Shown: positions 61,040 to 64,000 of the stretch, piece after piece
Layout: every line of letters begins with the position of its first letter
Numbering within the stretch: position 1 is the first letter of the stretch
Source: the human T2T-CHM13v2.0 reference genome, Homo sapiens
Assembly (NCBI RefSeq): GCF_009914755.1
Contig: NC_060929.1
Strand: one strand, 5' to 3'
DNA length: 64,000 nt
The notes under the pieces: generated by a model
Database searches by the model: none
The model's input: the letters and a program-made list of their open reading frames with translations, nothing else
Told to the model about the DNA's origin: nothing
Position numbers and translations under genes: made by a program

Positions 61040-62700
61040 TTTACTCAATGGTGAAAACTGAAAGCTTTTCTTCTGAGATCAGGAACAAGACATGATACTC
61101 ACTTTAACCATTTATTTTCAATGTAGTACTGGAAGTCCTAACTGGAAAATTAAGCAAGAAAAATAAATAAAAGTCACCCAAATAGGAGAGAAAAAAGTAA
61201 TCCCTAAAGACTTCATCAAAAAAAAAATGTTAAAACTGATAAACAAATTTAGTAAAGTTGGGTGCAGGATAGAAAGTCAACATATAAAATCAGTAGTGTT
61301 TCTGTATACTAACAACAAACTGTTTAAAAAGTAAATCAAGAAAATAATCACTGCCATGGTCTGAATGTGTCCTCCAAACTGTGTGTAGAAAACTTAATCC
61401 CCAATGTAACCATGTTGAGAAGTGTGGCCTTTTGGGAGGTATTTAGGTTATGAGGGTTTTGTCCTCATGAATGGATTAATGCCATGATAAAATGGGCTTC
61501 AGGGAATAGGTTCATTCACTTTTATACATACATCTTCTGCCATGTGAGGATGTAGAAAGAGTAAGAAGGCCCACATTAGATGCTAGTACCTTGATCTTAG
61601 ACTTCCCAGCCTCTAGTACCATTAGAGAATAAATTATTTTCTTTATAATTTATTTATAGCAGCACAAAATAAACTAAGATAATCTCACTTACAATAGCAT
61701 AAAACAAATAATAAAATACCTAGGAGTAAGTTTAAACAAAGAAGTGTAAGATAAGTATACTGAAAACTATAAAACACTGATGAACGGAATTAAACACAAG
61801 TAAATGAAATATGTCCCATGCTCATAGATTCAAAGAATTAGTATTGTTGCAACATCCTTATTACCCAAATCAATCTACAGATGCAAAGCAATCCCTATCA
61901 ACATTCCAATGTCATTCTTCACAGAAGTAGAAAAAAATTTCTGAAATTCATATAGAGTAACAGAAACCTCAAAGAGCCAAAGCAATCTTGATCAAAGAGA
62001 ACAAAGCTAGAGGACCCATGCTATTAAATTTCAAAATATACTACAAAGCTATAGTAATCAAAACAGCATGGAACGACCATAAAAGTAGACACACTAAACA
62101 ATGGATAGGATAGACAGCCCAGAAATAAACCCACACATATATGATTTTCAACAAAGGTGCCAAGAATCTACAATGGGGAAAGAACAGTATCTTCAATAAA
62201 TGGTGCTGGGAAAACTGGATATTCACATGCACAGAAATGAAAGTGGATCCTTAGCTCATCCCCTATACAAGAGTCAACTCAAAATTCATTAAATACTTTA
62301 ATGTAATACCCAAAACTAAAACTACTAGAAGAAAACAGAGGGGGAAGAAAGAGCTCCATAACATTGATCTGGACAATAATTTCTTGGGTATAACCCCAAA
62401 ATCACAAGCAGCCAAAGCAAAAATAGACAAATGGGACAATACCAAACTAAAAAGCTTTGCACAGAAAAACAAAACAAAACAAAACAAACAAAAAAAACCA
62501 GAGTGAAGTGACATGGAAAGAGAGAAAATATTTGCAAATCATATATCTGATAAGGGACTAAAACTTGAAATATGCTAGGAACTCAAACACATCAATAGCA
62601 AGGAAACAATAAACCAACTAAACAGTGGGCAAAGGACTTGAATAAAGATTTCTTAAAAGAAGACACACAAATGGCCAATACATACATGAAAAAATGTTGA
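61040..62700 (+). mobile_element. L1M ORF2 fragment
   Basis: ctcaatggtgaaaactgaaagc..gatcaggaacaagaca; ttcaataaatggtgctgggaaaactggatat. Confidence 0.85.
61352..61681 (+). mobile_element. MST/MLT1 (MaLR) solo LTR nested in the L1M
   Basis: tgccatggtctgaatgtgtcctccaaa..aacttaatccccaatg...atagcagcacaaaataaactaagata; flanks atcac/atctc. Confidence 0.8.
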
Positions 62701-63783
62701 AAGTTATGTTAAGCAGTGGATATTTATTAAATACGTAGATCATTTCTAGCTAAGAAACTACTGAAACATTCATTGCTAAACCTAAATTTGAGCTCATATA
62801 ATTTTGGCTTCTAATTTTTATAGAAATATTAATATTATTAATTACTAAACGTGGAATTTTTCAATTCCACATTGAAAAATTGCACTATTACAGCATATTT
62901 ATAAAATTTGCTAATCTTCTATAAAATTCTTATATATGACAGATAAATCACAACAATCTACTTTCTCATTTTCTCTGTAAAAGAAAGGTTACTAATGATT
63001 GAACATTATAATCAATATATGTGCATAAAAACACTAGAAATAATGAGGGTGAAGGGAAGCAACATTGCATACATGAAAAGTATGCAAGGAATATTGTGTG
63101 TGTTTCTATTCAGGGGGAAAATAAAGGGTAACTTTATCCTTAAGTAAAATGAACAAGTTGATTTCAGTTACACAAAGTAAAATGTTACTTTTGTCATACC
63201 CGAGTATTATTACCATAAATAATAGTACCATAATATAAGCAATGAAGAGCCAATGGAGGACTTGAGTAGGGCAACAAGATCAGATTTGTATTTGGATTTG
63301 TGTCCACCATTCAGGTAATATCTGTACATAAATAAAATGGATAAACTACCCTGCAAGTCAAAAAGAAGGCCCATCATATTCATGTATAAAGGAACTATAT
63401 TATAAAAATATTACTTTTCCAAAATTTATGTGACTCCTTCATCAAAATTAGGTGTTTTTTTTTTGGTGGACTAGATACAATGTCTCTAAATTACATCTGT
63501 GAAGACACATTTTTAAAAATATCCAAGAACACAGTAAACAACCGAATAAAAAAGGGATGGGTGGACTACTTTATTTCACCTTATATCTATTTATTTACTG
63601 AATACTTACCATGTGGCAAATTCAATGCTCTTCACTGTGATTACAAGGTAAAAATTATTAACAGATATAGGCAAGGCCTTTTCCTTAACAGAGCCTATAT
63701 TCTAATAAATTAGAAGGCAGTATTTTGAAGAGATTAAAATCACTGGCTTTGGGAAAAGCAAGATTTAATGAAAGGAAGAGGGG

Positions 63784-63786
<3 letters not shown>

Positions 63787-63816
<30 letters not shown>
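63787..63816. repeat. Poly-T tract (~30 nt)
   Basis: Homopolymer run. Confidence 0.95.
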
Positions 63817-63819
<3 letters not shown>

Positions 63820-64000
63820 AGAAAGGTGAAATGTGTTATACAAGGCATCCATGGTAAGGTTCTAAGAAGACTGTTGGAGGATAAATTGAAGGGATTTTTT
63901 TTTTCTAAACTTAGAGCAAATGTAGAGATAGCAAGTCAACATGGTCTTTGGCATGAATGTCATCTCTGTCCATTCTAGCATGGTTAGTAGCTAGTTGGTA

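Larger units (their letters stand above)
59200..63180 (+). mobile_element. Fragmented ERV1-type internal sequence interrupted by Alu, THE1 and L1
   Basis: General resemblance to non-autonomous MER4-group internal sequence (e.g. 59840-59990, 60690-61030, 62700-63180). Family and strand not firmly assigned. Confidence 0.4.

Noticed and set aside
63787-63870. Poly-T + ACCAG acceptor followed by KVKCVIQGIHGK as the missing Kazal terminal exon
   Set aside because: Ile6 and His10 fit, but there is no terminal Gly-x-Cys-stop without several edits, and it lies in probable ERV-derived sequence.

Overview
Human/primate genomic DNA: AT-rich, dense in Alu, L1 and LTR elements, and recognisable as the 5q32 SPINK (Kazal-type protease inhibitor) cluster. 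Nearly all ORF-track entries are L1, Alu or simple-repeat artefacts. The real genes are both on the + strand: SPINK6 coding exons 2-4 (2428-11457; exon 1 lies upstream of the window) and MARCOL (35118-35166 joined to 38972-39780; 285 aa; signal peptide plus 9-aa Gly/Ser/Gln/Lys repeats). Also present are an HMGN1 processed pseudogene, a full-length L1PA3-like element and a twin-primed L1PA2-like element. Main observations: (1) MARCOL looks like a truncated SPINK-architecture gene. Its repeat frame runs 122 codons past a TGA at a Gly position to a phase-0 donor, and a decayed, phase-compatible Kazal exon lies at 58702-58827, suggesting an ancestral secreted protein of Gln/Lys repeats plus a Kazal inhibitor. 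(2) An orphan SPINK-like signal-peptide exon lies at 25760-25838. (3) The two young L1s flanking MARCOL share two identical tracts containing apparently private mutations (gene conversion or assembly artefact). (4) A 150-bp inverted copy of nearby sequence is inserted with a 14-bp TSD. Repeat subfamily names and old-repeat boundaries are judged by eye and approximate.
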